Below are positions 1 to 9,836 of a stretch of 64,000 nt of DNA, one piece after another. The position numbers and the translations under genes are program-made. The notes under the pieces are model-generated. The model did not search any database, had not been told where the DNA came from, and worked only from the letters and a program-made list of their open reading frames with translations. Each line of letters opens with the position of its first letter. The first letter of the stretch is position 1. This stretch comes from a virus, in IMG/VR virus record IMGVR_UViG_3300027833_001604, positions 32,001 through 96,000 of that record. One strand, written 5' to 3'.

Positions 1-19
1 ACAAGAAATAGGATATAAA

Positions 20-421
20 ATGAGCCTTAAAGTAAAAGCAATGCGTAATAAGATCTTAGCAGAAATGATTGATGATCCAGGTGATGAAATAACAACAGCC
101 GGTGGTATTATTCTTATATCAAAAGATGGAACTGAATCCGCAGTTAGACCACGTTGGTTTCAAGTATACAGTGTAGGCGATGACATTGATTGGTTAACAG
201 AAGGCGCATATGTGCTAGTTGATCATGGACGTTGGAGCAATGGCATGAAAGTAGACAACGACTTGAAAATCTATCTATTAGATAATAAAGATTGTTTAAT
301 GGTATCAGATGACAATCCAATGTTAAATGCTAATATCATGATTGGTAGTAAACCAGTCGCCAGGCGTCCATCCGATGATGCAAGTAGACATGGTGTAACA
401 ACAGGCTACGTCCCAAATTAA
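20..421 (+). CDS. groES: GroES-like co-chaperonin
   Basis: 'EITTAGGIIL' mobile loop and 'VYSVGD..EGAYVLV', typical of Cpn10; RBS AGGA. Confidence 0.8.
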   Translation: MSLKVKAMRNKILAEMIDDPGDEITTAGGIILISKDGTESAVRPRWFQVYSVGDDIDWLTEGAYVLVDHGRWSNGMKVDNDLKIYLLDNKDCLMVSDDNPMLNANIMIGSKPVARRPSDDASRHGVTTGYVPN

Positions 422-443
422 ATCTAAAAGGAAATTAATAATA

Positions 444-1082
444 ATGAAAAAATTAACAGGCGTTATTCCTGAACCTAAAGAAGTGCCTACACCACCTCCT
501 GCTCCACCAATGCCTACTCCACCAATTCCGCCTAAACAACCAGGCGACTATTTGCGTGAGAATGGTATCTTGCATATGGACAAAGAGTTTAATCAAGAGA
601 ATTGTATGCCGTTGGTTAAGATGATTATGGAATATAATCTTATGCCTGACCTTAAAGCACCTGAAGTTATTCACCTATATATTAATTCACCAGGTGGGTA
701 TGTTGACAGTTGTATGCACTTAATTGATATTATTAAACAGTCACGCATTCCAGTTTATACATACGGAATGGGCTCAATTGCATCGTGTGGCGTTATGCTT
801 ATGATGGCAGGCGTTAAAGGACATAGATACCTCACACAAAATACGGCAGTTATGAGTCACGAATTTAGTGGCGGAACAAAAGGCCAATATCATGATATGG
901 TAGAAAGCCGTAAGCACATGGACTGGACAAATCAAAAATTAATGGAACACTACGTTAAATGCACAGGCAAAAAAGAACCTTACATTCGTAAGCATTTGCT
1001 TGCACCTAAAACTGATCATTGGTTAACACCCGAAGAAGCAGTTAAACATGGCATTGCAGATTTAGTTATAGAGTCTTACTAA
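444..1082 (+). CDS. clpP: ClpP-family protease with Pro-rich N-terminus
   Basis: 'LYINSPGG', catalytic Ser in 'IASCG', His in 'MSHE', 'DHWLTPEEAVKHGIAD'. Confidence 0.92.
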   Translation: MKKLTGVIPEPKEVPTPPPAPPMPTPPIPPKQPGDYLRENGILHMDKEFNQENCMPLVKMIMEYNLMPDLKAPEVIHLYINSPGGYVDSCMHLIDIIKQSRIPVYTYGMGSIASCGVMLMMAGVKGHRYLTQNTAVMSHEFSGGTKGQYHDMVESRKHMDWTNQKLMEHYVKCTGKKEPYIRKHLLAPKTDHWLTPEEAVKHGIADLVIESY

Positions 1083-1083
1083 A

Positions 1084-2460
1084 ATGGGTCAACTGAGAAA
1101 TCCTAATCTCGAAACTATGAAGCGAGAACTTGATGAAATGGGATTTAACTCAGAGACATTTTGCACGGCTCCATATCTTAACATTGACTTAGATCAAGAC
1201 GGAGCAATATATACCTGTTATCGTGGTAAAACTAATGTAGGTGACTGGAAAAAAGAAAGCCTGAAAGATAGTTTTAATGGACCACAGATGCAAAAGATTC
1301 GTAAAGATCTTTACGAAGGTAGACAAAACAAAAACTGTCGTAGTTGTTGGGCCGCAGAGAAAAAAGGTAGTAACAGTCCTAGAGTGCATTTTTATTATGA
1401 TTTTATGGATCAATATTATGAAGATAATCCAGAAGGCGCCCAAGAATATTTAGATAAAATTAAAGCAGACTATATAAAAGGCAAGATAGCAGACATAAAG
1501 CGTGGCGAACTAAGACCAAGTAGTTTATGTAATCTACGTTGTATGCATTGTGGTCCACATAGTAGCACTAAGTGGGTAGAAACACTAACCAAAGGTGACA
1601 ATGCAAAAGTTTATATGGAAAACGAAGGCTTAATGGAAAACGGCAATGGTATTATTAATCATAACATTATTGACACAGGCCTAACAACATACTATAAAAA
1701 TACATTAACAAGTGACACAGATTACGAAGAAGATCTATTAGAAGTTTTAGATTCACTTGAGCATATAAGTTTTACAGGTGGCGAGCCGTTGCTTACACCA
1801 GAACACCCACGTTACTTACAACATTTTATCGACAGTGGAAATGCTAAAAATATGTATTTGGAATACAATACAAATCTAAATATCAAAAACATTGAAAAGT
1901 TCTTTCCATTATGGGAGAATTTTAAGCACTTACATATTAGAGCAAGTATTGATGCTAGTTTTGACACTTACGAATACTTTAGAACATACGGTAAAATTGA
2001 TCTACTTAAAGATTGTCTACAAAAAATACAAAAATTCCGTTTAGAAAAAATGGGTGGCAAAAGACGTATGAAAATCAATGCTACTGTAACACACAATTTG
2101 TTTAGTGCGTTACGTTGGAAAGATCTCACAAGAGATTGGACTACACATGGCGTAGCATTTCACGTAAGTCTAATTATTGACCATCCTATAAGTGTTATAT
2201 ACATGCCAAAAGAATTGCGTGAAAAAGCAGTTGCGGAGATGCAGTGGTGTTATGACAATATAGAGCAATTCACAGACGACGAAGATTATATAGATATATA
2301 CAGACATCACACAGAACAGTGTATCAAATACACAGCAGAACAAAATCACGAAAGTGATAAGTTCCCTGAACAAACTATAAAGTATATTGAGTTCTGTGAC
2401 AAAACAAGTGGTAAAAGCTACAAAGATTATTTTCCAGAATTAATAAAATATTTAGAATAA
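1084..2460 (+). CDS. N-terminal Twitch-domain radical SAM protein
   Basis: N-terminal 'FCTAPY..G..YTC..CRSCW', then CNLRCMHC..SS, 'FTGGEP', 'YNTN'. Confidence 0.9.
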   Translation: MGQLRNPNLETMKRELDEMGFNSETFCTAPYLNIDLDQDGAIYTCYRGKTNVGDWKKESLKDSFNGPQMQKIRKDLYEGRQNKNCRSCWAAEKKGSNSPRVHFYYDFMDQYYEDNPEGAQEYLDKIKADYIKGKIADIKRGELRPSSLCNLRCMHCGPHSSTKWVETLTKGDNAKVYMENEGLMENGNGIINHNIIDTGLTTYYKNTLTSDTDYEEDLLEVLDSLEHISFTGGEPLLTPEHPRYLQHFIDSGNAKNMYLEYNTNLNIKNIEKFFPLWENFKHLHIRASIDASFDTYEYFRTYGKIDLLKDCLQKIQKFRLEKMGGKRRMKINATVTHNLFSALRWKDLTRDWTTHGVAFHVSLIIDHPISVIYMPKELREKAVAEMQWCYDNIEQFTDDEDYIDIYRHHTEQCIKYTAEQNHESDKFPEQTIKYIEFCDKTSGKSYKDYFPELIKYLE

Positions 2461-2471
2461 CGGAGTTACAA

Positions 2472-2963
2472 TTGAAATCAATCAAAGATACCTATGCAGA
2501 TTTTTTCAAATGGGTTAAGGGCACAGAGCTTGTAGAACTAGAAAATATTAATGTAGAAGAAGATCCAGTAAGACCAGAACTAAGTTTAGAATGGCGTAAG
2601 GCTAATGGTCGTAAGATTTACGGACTAAAATATCAAGACACAATAGAAGGTATCGTGTGCGTAGCATTTACCAATGACATACCTACTACTGTTAAAGAAC
2701 TAGAACTTATGAGTGAGAATGCTAGTTTAAAAAATGATTTCAATACCGCAGTTGCATATACTGTATGGTCACGTAAGCGTGGCGCAGGTAAAGAGATAAT
2801 ACATAAACTATTAACCCATGTTAAAACAAACGAAGAGATTAAGACAGTAGTTACTCTATCGCCATTAACACCAATGGCAACACACTTTCATATTAAGAAC
2901 GGTGCTAAACTAAAGAAAATTAGTGCTGAAACACAAAACTTTGAATACAAGATTAATACTTGA
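2472..2963 (+). CDS. GNAT-like hypothetical protein
   Basis: 'AVAYTVWS..RGAGKEII..VVTLSP' resembles a GNAT/malonyl-CoA decarboxylase-like fold; TTG start. Confidence 0.45.
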   Translation: MKSIKDTYADFFKWVKGTELVELENINVEEDPVRPELSLEWRKANGRKIYGLKYQDTIEGIVCVAFTNDIPTTVKELELMSENASLKNDFNTAVAYTVWSRKRGAGKEIIHKLLTHVKTNEEIKTVVTLSPLTPMATHFHIKNGAKLKKISAETQNFEYKINT

Positions 2964-2987
2964 CAAATGAGTAATATCGTATATAAT
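2960..2987 (+). promoter_or_regulatory. sigma70-type promoter
   Basis: TTGACA-N16-TATAAT upstream of the clamp loader. Confidence 0.65.
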
Positions 2988-3019
2988 AGTAGAATAAAGA
3001 AAGAAACACGGAGAATAAC

Positions 3020-3943
3020 TTGAAAGACTTATGGGTAGAAAAGTATCGTCCAACTAATGTTGGCGAATATGTATTTAAAGATGATTCACAGCGTAAGCAA
3101 GTGCAAAACTGGATTGACGACAAAGGTATTCCACACTTGTTATTCAGCGGTAGCCCAGGCACTGGCAAAACTACACTAGCAAAAGTTTTGATTGCAGAAC
3201 TAAGTGTAGAAAAAGCAGACGTGCTTTATATTAATGCTAGTAGAGATAATGGCGTTGAAATGATTCGTAAGCGTATTAGTGCATTTAGTGAAACTATGCC
3301 TTGGGGTGATTTTAAAGTTATCTTGCTAGACGAAGCAGACCATATTAGTCCTGAAGGACAAGCAGCATTACGTGGGGTTATGGAACAGTATCATGCAAGT
3401 GTGCGTTTTATTTTAACGTGTAACTATCCTAACATGATTATTCCTGCACTACACAGCAGATGTCAAGGCTTCCACATTGAAGAACTTGACCATACCGATT
3501 TCACAGTGCGTGTAGGAGAGATCCTGGCACAAAACGCAGTTCAATTTGATATTGAGACCTTAGACGCAATGGTCCGTGCAAATTATCCTGACTTACGTAA
3601 AACTATTAACACAGTGCAAATGACCATTGTGGATAATATACTTGCTATGCCCGATGACGGTGGCAGCACAAGCGAGTGGCGATTAGCAATGGTAGAGCTA
3701 TTTCGCAGTGGTAAGATACAGGATGCACGTAAACTCATAATCAAATCTGCACGTGCTGATGAGTATAATGATATATTTACTTGGCTTTACAAGAACTTAG
3801 ATCTTTATACAAAGAATGACTTTCAATATGATAGTTGCGTATTAGCAATTAGAGAAGGCATGATTAAGCACACTCAAGTAGCAGATCCTGAGATTAATCT
3901 TAGTGCTACAATGATTGAGTTGGCAAGAACTCTAAATGAGTAG
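3020..3943 (+). CDS. Clamp loader AAA+ subunit (RFC small-subunit type)
   Basis: 'WVEKYRP', Walker A GSPGTGKT, 'INAS', Walker B 'LLDEAD', 'SRC' motif. Confidence 0.93.
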   Translation: MKDLWVEKYRPTNVGEYVFKDDSQRKQVQNWIDDKGIPHLLFSGSPGTGKTTLAKVLIAELSVEKADVLYINASRDNGVEMIRKRISAFSETMPWGDFKVILLDEADHISPEGQAALRGVMEQYHASVRFILTCNYPNMIIPALHSRCQGFHIEELDHTDFTVRVGEILAQNAVQFDIETLDAMVRANYPDLRKTINTVQMTIVDNILAMPDDGGSTSEWRLAMVELFRSGKIQDARKLIIKSARADEYNDIFTWLYKNLDLYTKNDFQYDSCVLAIREGMIKHTQVADPEINLSATMIELARTLNE

Positions 3944-4994
3944 GTTAGAAAACCTATTACTTCCAGTTACATTTAACAATTGGAATACTTACTCGTATAG
4001 TCCAAGGGTTAATACACTAATGAGTCTTAGTTTTAGTATGGGTGCAATGCCCAAGCCATTAGCATATGTTTCAACTTCACCTGATTACTTTTTTGATGAC
4101 AACGGCAACGTAGTTAATTTGCTTGATCAGTGTAAAGCAATAGACGGCAGTGAAACACTAGAACAAGACATAATAGATATGCTGCAAGATGTAAAAGATA
4201 TTGAGAATGAGCCTATACTAGATTCAAACTTTAAATTTACATTGCCGTATGCATTTCAATATGCCCAAGCAAAAGATATTACATGTAAAAAATTCCATAC
4301 ACACTACGCAGATAGTTTATGGATGGGATTACTTGAGTATAAGACCAACGAACGATTTGATCCTGATGTCGTAAACTTTACATATAAAAGTAACTTAGCA
4401 GACATTGACTTAATGTTGAATTCATATCTTAATGAACACATTAATCTAGCAGGTGCTGACAATTATCTGTTGGCTATTATAGATGAAATAGCATTACGTA
4501 GAAATGAAGAAGTTAACGTGGGTGATGCATGTGATTACTTCTTAAACAAGCCTTTTAGAATGTTATTATTAGCTGTTGACAATGGCCTAAACCATATTAT
4601 GGAAAACGGTTATGAAGTATACAGAGATCAATTAATTGCTGGTTACCAAATTACACGACCAAAGCGTGAAGAAGTTCCGTTTGTTTATTCAACAAGATTG
4701 TTTGACCATAACTATATTGAAAAGTCATCAATTTCATATGAAGTAACGTGTGAACGAGTTGATATACAACCTAATTATAATCTGTTTGAAGAATGGCATT
4801 ACTATAATTTTAAGGGCTGTAACACCCATGAAGATAATCTAGTAAATACTATTGTTAGGATATCCACAGGATATGATTTCACTCTTGCTAACTGGAACTA
4901 TTTCCAACAAGCAGTATTTGAAGTAGGATGTAAGCAATATACAGATGAAGCCAGCAATAGCATTTTTAAGACATGGATCGACAGTCGAAGGTAG
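3936..4994 (+). CDS. hypothetical protein
   Basis: 352-aa ORF overlapping the clamp-loader stop; no recognisable motif. Confidence 0.7.
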   Translation: MSRLENLLLPVTFNNWNTYSYSPRVNTLMSLSFSMGAMPKPLAYVSTSPDYFFDDNGNVVNLLDQCKAIDGSETLEQDIIDMLQDVKDIENEPILDSNFKFTLPYAFQYAQAKDITCKKFHTHYADSLWMGLLEYKTNERFDPDVVNFTYKSNLADIDLMLNSYLNEHINLAGADNYLLAIIDEIALRRNEEVNVGDACDYFLNKPFRMLLLAVDNGLNHIMENGYEVYRDQLIAGYQITRPKREEVPFVYSTRLFDHNYIEKSSISYEVTCERVDIQPNYNLFEEWHYYNFKGCNTHEDNLVNTIVRISTGYDFTLANWNYFQQAVFEVGCKQYTDEASNSIFKTWIDSRR

Positions 4995-5187
4995 AGAAGT
5001 ATTCCTAGTAACAATGCTAGGCAAAGCCTTTATAGACTTAGATTTAGACACCGCAGTAATCGTTCCACGTGGTAATATTACTACAACAAGCGAACAATAT
5101 CTATTAGAAAAAACAACCCAATTAGTTTCCGCTTACATTTTTCTAGATGAAAAAGAAGCCATGCTGTTTAGGATTAAGTATACATAA
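4945..5187 (+). CDS. small hypothetical protein (start uncertain)
   Basis: C-terminal 'FLDEKEAMLFRIKY' resembles the C-terminus of 45624..45953. Confidence 0.5.
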   Translation: MKPAIAFLRHGSTVEGREVFLVTMLGKAFIDLDLDTAVIVPRGNITTTSEQYLLEKTTQLVSAYIFLDEKEAMLFRIKYT

Positions 5188-5205
5188 TAGTAGAGCACAA
5201 AACGG

Positions 5206-5213
5206 CATAAATA
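5206..5213 (+). promoter_or_regulatory. putative T4-like late promoter
   Basis: CATAAATA in the intergenic gap before the MotA-like module. Confidence 0.4.
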
Positions 5214-5346
5214 AGTATAGCAATGAAAAGTAAAGAATGAATATTACACACTGCAATAGAGTATAATATACCGCATTGAAGTAGACAACAGCAAACTACA
5301 ACATGGTCGAGACTTTTCCTAAGATATAATATAAGGATGGATTACG

Positions 5347-5790
5347 ATGAATACTCGGTTTATGATATGGTGGCTGGCCACCGTTATACAGATTATTGGT
5401 GTAGGTCTTGCTATTAACTTTGGAGCAATTTCTTTTTTACTAGAAGCAGATCAAACATATTTAAGCTTCGTAACAACTGGACTATGGATTATTGGCTCAA
5501 TAACAATTGGCTATCTTGCATGGAAAAAAGAAACAGATTATGACACACCTTGGTTTATTGCGGAAAGCTGCATAAGCGTAGGTATGATTGGAACACTAAT
5601 TGGCTTTATGCTAATGTTGGGTTCCAGCTTAGGCGATGTAGACCCAAGCAATATGCAATCAATGAAGCAAGTAATTAGTGACATGGCAAGTGGTATGAGT
5701 ACCGCACTTGTTACAACATTATCAGGATTAGTATTCAGCTTATTCCTGAAGATACAAATTACAATTCAAGAACATAAAATGGTAGAGTAA
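5347..5790 (+). CDS. MotA/TolQ/ExbB proton-channel family protein
   Basis: 'GMIGTLIGFM..' and 'GMSTALVTTLSGL' transmembrane signatures. Confidence 0.85.
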   Translation: MNTRFMIWWLATVIQIIGVGLAINFGAISFLLEADQTYLSFVTTGLWIIGSITIGYLAWKKETDYDTPWFIAESCISVGMIGTLIGFMLMLGSSLGDVDPSNMQSMKQVISDMASGMSTALVTTLSGLVFSLFLKIQITIQEHKMVE

Positions 5791-5793
5791 CAC

Positions 5794-6432
5794 ATGGCAC
5801 GTAGACGCAGCGGGAATCAGCTCGCATTCAACGATATGCTATTTAATATATTACTAGGATTTGTTGTCCTATTTGTTATTGCATTTTTGTTGATCAACCC
5901 TATAACTAAAAAACAAGATGTGCCGTCAAAGGCAGAAGCTATGATCATAATGGAATGGGCTGATAACAGCTACACCGATATGGATTTATGGATTCAACGT
6001 GACGACAATAGCCCTGTGGGATTCAACAATAAATCAGGACAAGGCATGAACTTAGAACGTGATGACCTAGGCTCTACAAATGATAGATTTTATGTAGATG
6101 GGCAAGTGTCAATTGTTAAAACAAACAGAGAAGTTGTTAATGTTAGAGGTATTGTTCCTGGTAATTATTATCCAAATGTGCATACTTATAATTGGAGTGA
6201 TACAGAACCTTTAGAAATTACAATAACAGTAGTAGACATTAATCCAGTATATAGAGAAATATATTCTATAAAAGTAATAGTAAGTAAAAGAGGTGATGTT
6301 GTAAGACTACCTGGATTTGTAATAGATGCTGAAGGTCGTATAGGCAATGTGTTTAATCACACAAAAACCGTAGTTCCAAACCGAGGTAGAGTCGGCGATA
6401 CACAAGGCACCAACTTTCAAAGTAATGAGTAA
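5794..6432 (+). CDS. Single-TM MotB/ExbD-like partner with periplasmic YfaP-like domain
   Basis: Asp at start of TM ('AFNDMLFNILLGF'); 'DMDLWI..LERDDLG..REVV..PGNYYPNVHTY'. Confidence 0.6.
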   Translation: MARRRSGNQLAFNDMLFNILLGFVVLFVIAFLLINPITKKQDVPSKAEAMIIMEWADNSYTDMDLWIQRDDNSPVGFNNKSGQGMNLERDDLGSTNDRFYVDGQVSIVKTNREVVNVRGIVPGNYYPNVHTYNWSDTEPLEITITVVDINPVYREIYSIKVIVSKRGDVVRLPGFVIDAEGRIGNVFNHTKTVVPNRGRVGDTQGTNFQSNE

Positions 6433-7687
6433 TATGCAATACATTGTTAATAACATAAAAAATGCAAATTCCAGAATAATAAATGATATAAAAATCCTAG
6501 AGTTTGAAAACTTCTTCCCTCCAGAACATTTAGAAAAAATGATGTGGGCTACACAGCAGGTTCACTTAATAGACAGTTCTGAGCCTGTTAGTGGATTAAA
6601 GCCAAGTGCGTTTTGCATTAGTGCATTAACCAAAGACCATTTTTTTAGAGATATTAATGCAGAGTTCAAAACAACAGAATTTAAAACAGAATTATTAAAT
6701 AGATTTGGACTGAATAATGTAGATTATTTAATGCAATATTTAGACATTGATATAAGCATACACACAGATCAAGGACATCAATTTGATGATGCACACTCCG
6801 ATCAAAAGAATAACTTATTCTCATTAACCTTACAAATATACCTGCCCGAAACAGATGAAAATGCTGAATACGGAACTATATTTTTTGACAACAAAGGCAA
6901 TGAATTACATACAGTAGAGTTTAGAAAAAATACAGGTTATTGTTTCTTATCACACAACAACAGTTGGCATGCCGGAAAGCCAGGTATAAAGCGTAATAGC
7001 TTCTTTATAAGAATGGACATTAAACCACACTATGAATTTACTTCTAGTGTATTCAATTATGATTCTAATATAGATACATGCTATCTTATATGGGACAAGT
7101 ATATGGAAGTTCCACGTCATTACACAGACTATTTGCTACAAGTATCTATGCTAAATGCACAAGAGCTTGGTATTGAAAACGTTGTAGTTTCACAAGATCC
7201 GTGGAAAAACAAGTGTGCATTGTTACACAAACTAAAAGAACTTGGCTTTAAAAAGGCGTTTATAGTGCTAGGTGGGGTGCATTGGAATACAAAACAAGCA
7301 GGCACATATGCACAAGAATTAGACTTAACTGTTACTGTATGTGGCAGATCTAACTCAGATAGTCCTACGCATTTACTAAGACAGTATGCAGTAATAGATA
7401 TAAATAAAGTTATAGAATTCGAAACAACTCTTCCAGCATATTTTCCAAATACAGAACGTTACTTTGGTGAATGTGTTGATAAAAATGATTTCATCGAAAT
7501 AGATGATGATTTAGCAGACATACAACAGTTCTATCACATGGACGAAGATATAGATGAATGTGATACATTTACAGCATGGGTTAGATGGTCTGATACATAC
7601 GAACACGACGATATTAAATATCTCGAAGCATATAAAGAAAACAATAGGCATTTGACAGGACTAACAAAGTCAATGCACAAAGGATAA
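6425..7687 (+). CDS. 2OG-Fe(II) oxygenase-like domain fused to unknown C-terminal domain
   Basis: 'AHSD..LQIYL..SWHAG..RNS' gives HxD...H...RxS; paralog of 36311..37327. Confidence 0.65.
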   Translation: MSNMQYIVNNIKNANSRIINDIKILEFENFFPPEHLEKMMWATQQVHLIDSSEPVSGLKPSAFCISALTKDHFFRDINAEFKTTEFKTELLNRFGLNNVDYLMQYLDIDISIHTDQGHQFDDAHSDQKNNLFSLTLQIYLPETDENAEYGTIFFDNKGNELHTVEFRKNTGYCFLSHNNSWHAGKPGIKRNSFFIRMDIKPHYEFTSSVFNYDSNIDTCYLIWDKYMEVPRHYTDYLLQVSMLNAQELGIENVVVSQDPWKNKCALLHKLKELGFKKAFIVLGGVHWNTKQAGTYAQELDLTVTVCGRSNSDSPTHLLRQYAVIDINKVIEFETTLPAYFPNTERYFGECVDKNDFIEIDDDLADIQQFYHMDEDIDECDTFTAWVRWSDTYEHDDIKYLEAYKENNRHLTGLTKSMHKG

Positions 7688-7690
7688 ATT

Positions 7691-8341
7691 ATGGTTTACT
7701 TAGCTACAGCATTAATTTTTATAACAAGTGTAATTACACTTTACGCTCTTATTTTAAATAGAAAAAACCCACTCATATTAATGGTGCTAATTCCTGCACT
7801 ATTAACATCTGGTATATATACAGGCTACTCAATATATGCATTACAAGGAACACCTATTTCAACAGGTTTACCAACTAATACACAAGTTGAAATTGTATGG
7901 ATGGAACCTGCTAAGCCAGTTATACGTTTATTACTAAGAATAGAAGGAGATGAAGCTCCTACATATTATAGTATAGATTATACAGAAAAGAATATGGAAG
8001 AATTAAACAAAGCAATTGCACAAGCAGCCGCTCAAGGCAAAGAAGGTGTAGATGGCGAATTTAAACCAAACAATGGTGGTGAAGAAACTGGTGGTGAATT
8101 CTTCTTTGTGCAAAAACCTAAATCATTAGGACCTGTAAAAAAACAACAAGATAAAACACCAGGTTTCTACAGTGAACCAAGACGACCAAATGGTCCTGGC
8201 AGTGATGCAGAAGATAGTGCTGATGCTGACCGTAACGGAATAGGCACTGGATTTGCTAATCCTATCTTTGATAGCTATAAAGGACTTATACTTGAAGAAG
8301 ATCTACACGCATGCGATACACACTTTGGATGCGGTCCATAG
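7691..8341 (+). CDS. membrane protein (2 N-terminal TM helices)
   Basis: hydrophobic N-terminus; probable third member of the MotA-like module. Confidence 0.65.
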   Translation: MVYLATALIFITSVITLYALILNRKNPLILMVLIPALLTSGIYTGYSIYALQGTPISTGLPTNTQVEIVWMEPAKPVIRLLLRIEGDEAPTYYSIDYTEKNMEELNKAIAQAAAQGKEGVDGEFKPNNGGEETGGEFFFVQKPKSLGPVKKQQDKTPGFYSEPRRPNGPGSDAEDSADADRNGIGTGFANPIFDSYKGLILEEDLHACDTHFGCGP

Positions 8342-8359
8342 TATTACCCCAAAAAGTCA

Positions 8360-8387
8360 TTGACAACACTAATATGTGTGTTACAAT
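8360..8387 (+). promoter_or_regulatory. sigma70-type promoter
   Basis: TTGACA-N16-TACAAT before deoD. Confidence 0.6.
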
Positions 8388-8413
8388 AAAGAAGTAACAC
8401 TAGAGGATAAATT

Positions 8414-9091
8414 GTGACCCCACATATAGAAGCTAAAAAAGGAGATTATGCTCCTACTGTATTAATGCCTGGCGACCCTTTGCGAGCTAAATGGATTGCT
8501 GAAACATTTTTAGAAGATTGTAAACAAGTTAATGGTATAAGAAATTGCTTAGGCTATACTGGTTACTATAATGGAACTAGAGTAAGTGTTCAAGCAAGTG
8601 GTATGGGACAAGCAAGTTTAGGAATTTATACACATGAGCTATATAATTTTTATGATGTAGAAACTATTATAAGAGTAGGTAGTTGCGGTGGAATGGCAGA
8701 ACATATTAATGTGGGTGATATAGTTGTTGCAATGACGGCTCACAATGAAAGCATTGTAAAGCCTTCAGCCTGGCCTTGTGCTAATATTGAATTGTTAAAT
8801 AAACTTGTTGACAACATACCAGAAGAAAAAGTTCACCATGTGGGACCAATCGTAAGCACAGATCAATTCTATAATGTAAACAAAGACTGGTGGAAACCTT
8901 TAGCTGCTAATGGTATTCTTGCAGTTGAAATGGAAGCTCACTTGTTATATAAGTTAGCTATAAGATTTAACAAAAAAGCACTTGCTGTTTGCACAGTTAG
9001 TGACTTATTAAATAGAAAAGAAAGTATGTCACCGGTTGAACGAGAAACTGGTTTTAGTGACATGATTAACATAGTATTGGACACTATATGA
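8414..9091 (+). CDS. deoD: Purine nucleoside phosphorylase DeoD-type
   Basis: 'MTPHI..VLMPGDPLRAKWIA', 'SGMG', 'IIRVGSCG', 'VEME'. Confidence 0.95.
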   Translation: MTPHIEAKKGDYAPTVLMPGDPLRAKWIAETFLEDCKQVNGIRNCLGYTGYYNGTRVSVQASGMGQASLGIYTHELYNFYDVETIIRVGSCGGMAEHINVGDIVVAMTAHNESIVKPSAWPCANIELLNKLVDNIPEEKVHHVGPIVSTDQFYNVNKDWWKPLAANGILAVEMEAHLLYKLAIRFNKKALAVCTVSDLLNRKESMSPVERETGFSDMINIVLDTI

Positions 9092-9363
9092 AAAACGTAA
9101 TTAAATTTTTTAAGAAAAGCTATGCAACTGACCGCACGGCTTTTTATGCAGAAATAGTAGAAACAACATTGCTAATAGTTGCAAGTGCAGTATTGAGTTT
9201 TACAATACTTGATCCTGCAACAAAGATATTTGTTCCACTGTATCTAATAGGCAGTATACTTGCTGTCTTTAGCACATACAGGCGAGGCAGTAGTGCTATT
9301 GTGCTATGTGCTTGGTTTACTGTTATGAACAGTTGGGCATTCTTGCAGTTGTTTGTGCTATGA
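9088..9363 (+). CDS. small membrane protein (3 TM)
   Basis: hydrophobic; ATGA overlaps on both sides. Confidence 0.75.
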   Translation: MKNVIKFFKKSYATDRTAFYAEIVETTLLIVASAVLSFTILDPATKIFVPLYLIGSILAVFSTYRRGSSAIVLCAWFTVMNSWAFLQLFVL

Positions 9364-9836
9364 TTAAAGCAATACTGGCATGTGATGATGCGTGGGGCAT
9401 AGGTAAAGACGGAACGCTACCTTGGCCGCACAATGCTGCAGATCAGAAATGGTTTGCACAAACAACAAAGGGTGGTGTTGTTGTAATGGGTAGCACAACA
9501 TGGAAAGATCCAGATATGCCAAAGCCACTGCCAGGACGATATAATGTTGTGGTATCACGTGGTGTAGCCGATGAGGCGCATTGTGTAGTTCCTATGAGTG
9601 AAGTTGAAAAACTATTAGTAGAAGATTTAGAACAGGAAGATGTTTGGATTATTGGCGGGGCTAAACTTGTAAAAGCATTGATGCCAATAATTGATCAATT
9701 GTGGTTAAGTAGAATAACAGGCGTATACGATTGTGATACACACTTACCAGAAGATAATATATTAAAAAACTACAAACTAGTTGATGTTGATACTAGTATC
9801 GATACGTTAAGTATTGAAACATGGAGTAAATTATGA
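9360..9836 (+). CDS. folA: Dihydrofolate reductase
   Basis: 'GIGKDGTLPW', 'VVMGSTTW', 'PLPGRYNVVVS', 'IIGGA'; start moved to the ATGA overlap at 9360. Confidence 0.95.
   Translation: MIKAILACDDAWGIGKDGTLPWPHNAADQKWFAQTTKGGVVVMGSTTWKDPDMPKPLPGRYNVVVSRGVADEAHCVVPMSEVEKLLVEDLEQEDVWIIGGAKLVKALMPIIDQLWLSRITGVYDCDTHLPEDNILKNYKLVDVDTSIDTLSIETWSKL

Noticed and set aside
444-545. Pro-rich repeat at the ClpP N-terminus
   Set aside because: A low-complexity linker or propeptide, not a DNA repeat element.
5223-5418. Frame starting ATGAAAAGT with two in-frame TGA codons, suggesting TGA recoding
   Set aside because: TGA is a functional stop throughout the window (many ATGA overlaps) and known genes are full length under the standard code.
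5347-6432. Zorya (ZorAB) defence system call
   Set aside because: The MotA-like protein lacks the long ZorA tail, the partner lacks an OmpA-like domain, and no zorC/D/E is nearby; it is kept only as a generic stator-like module.
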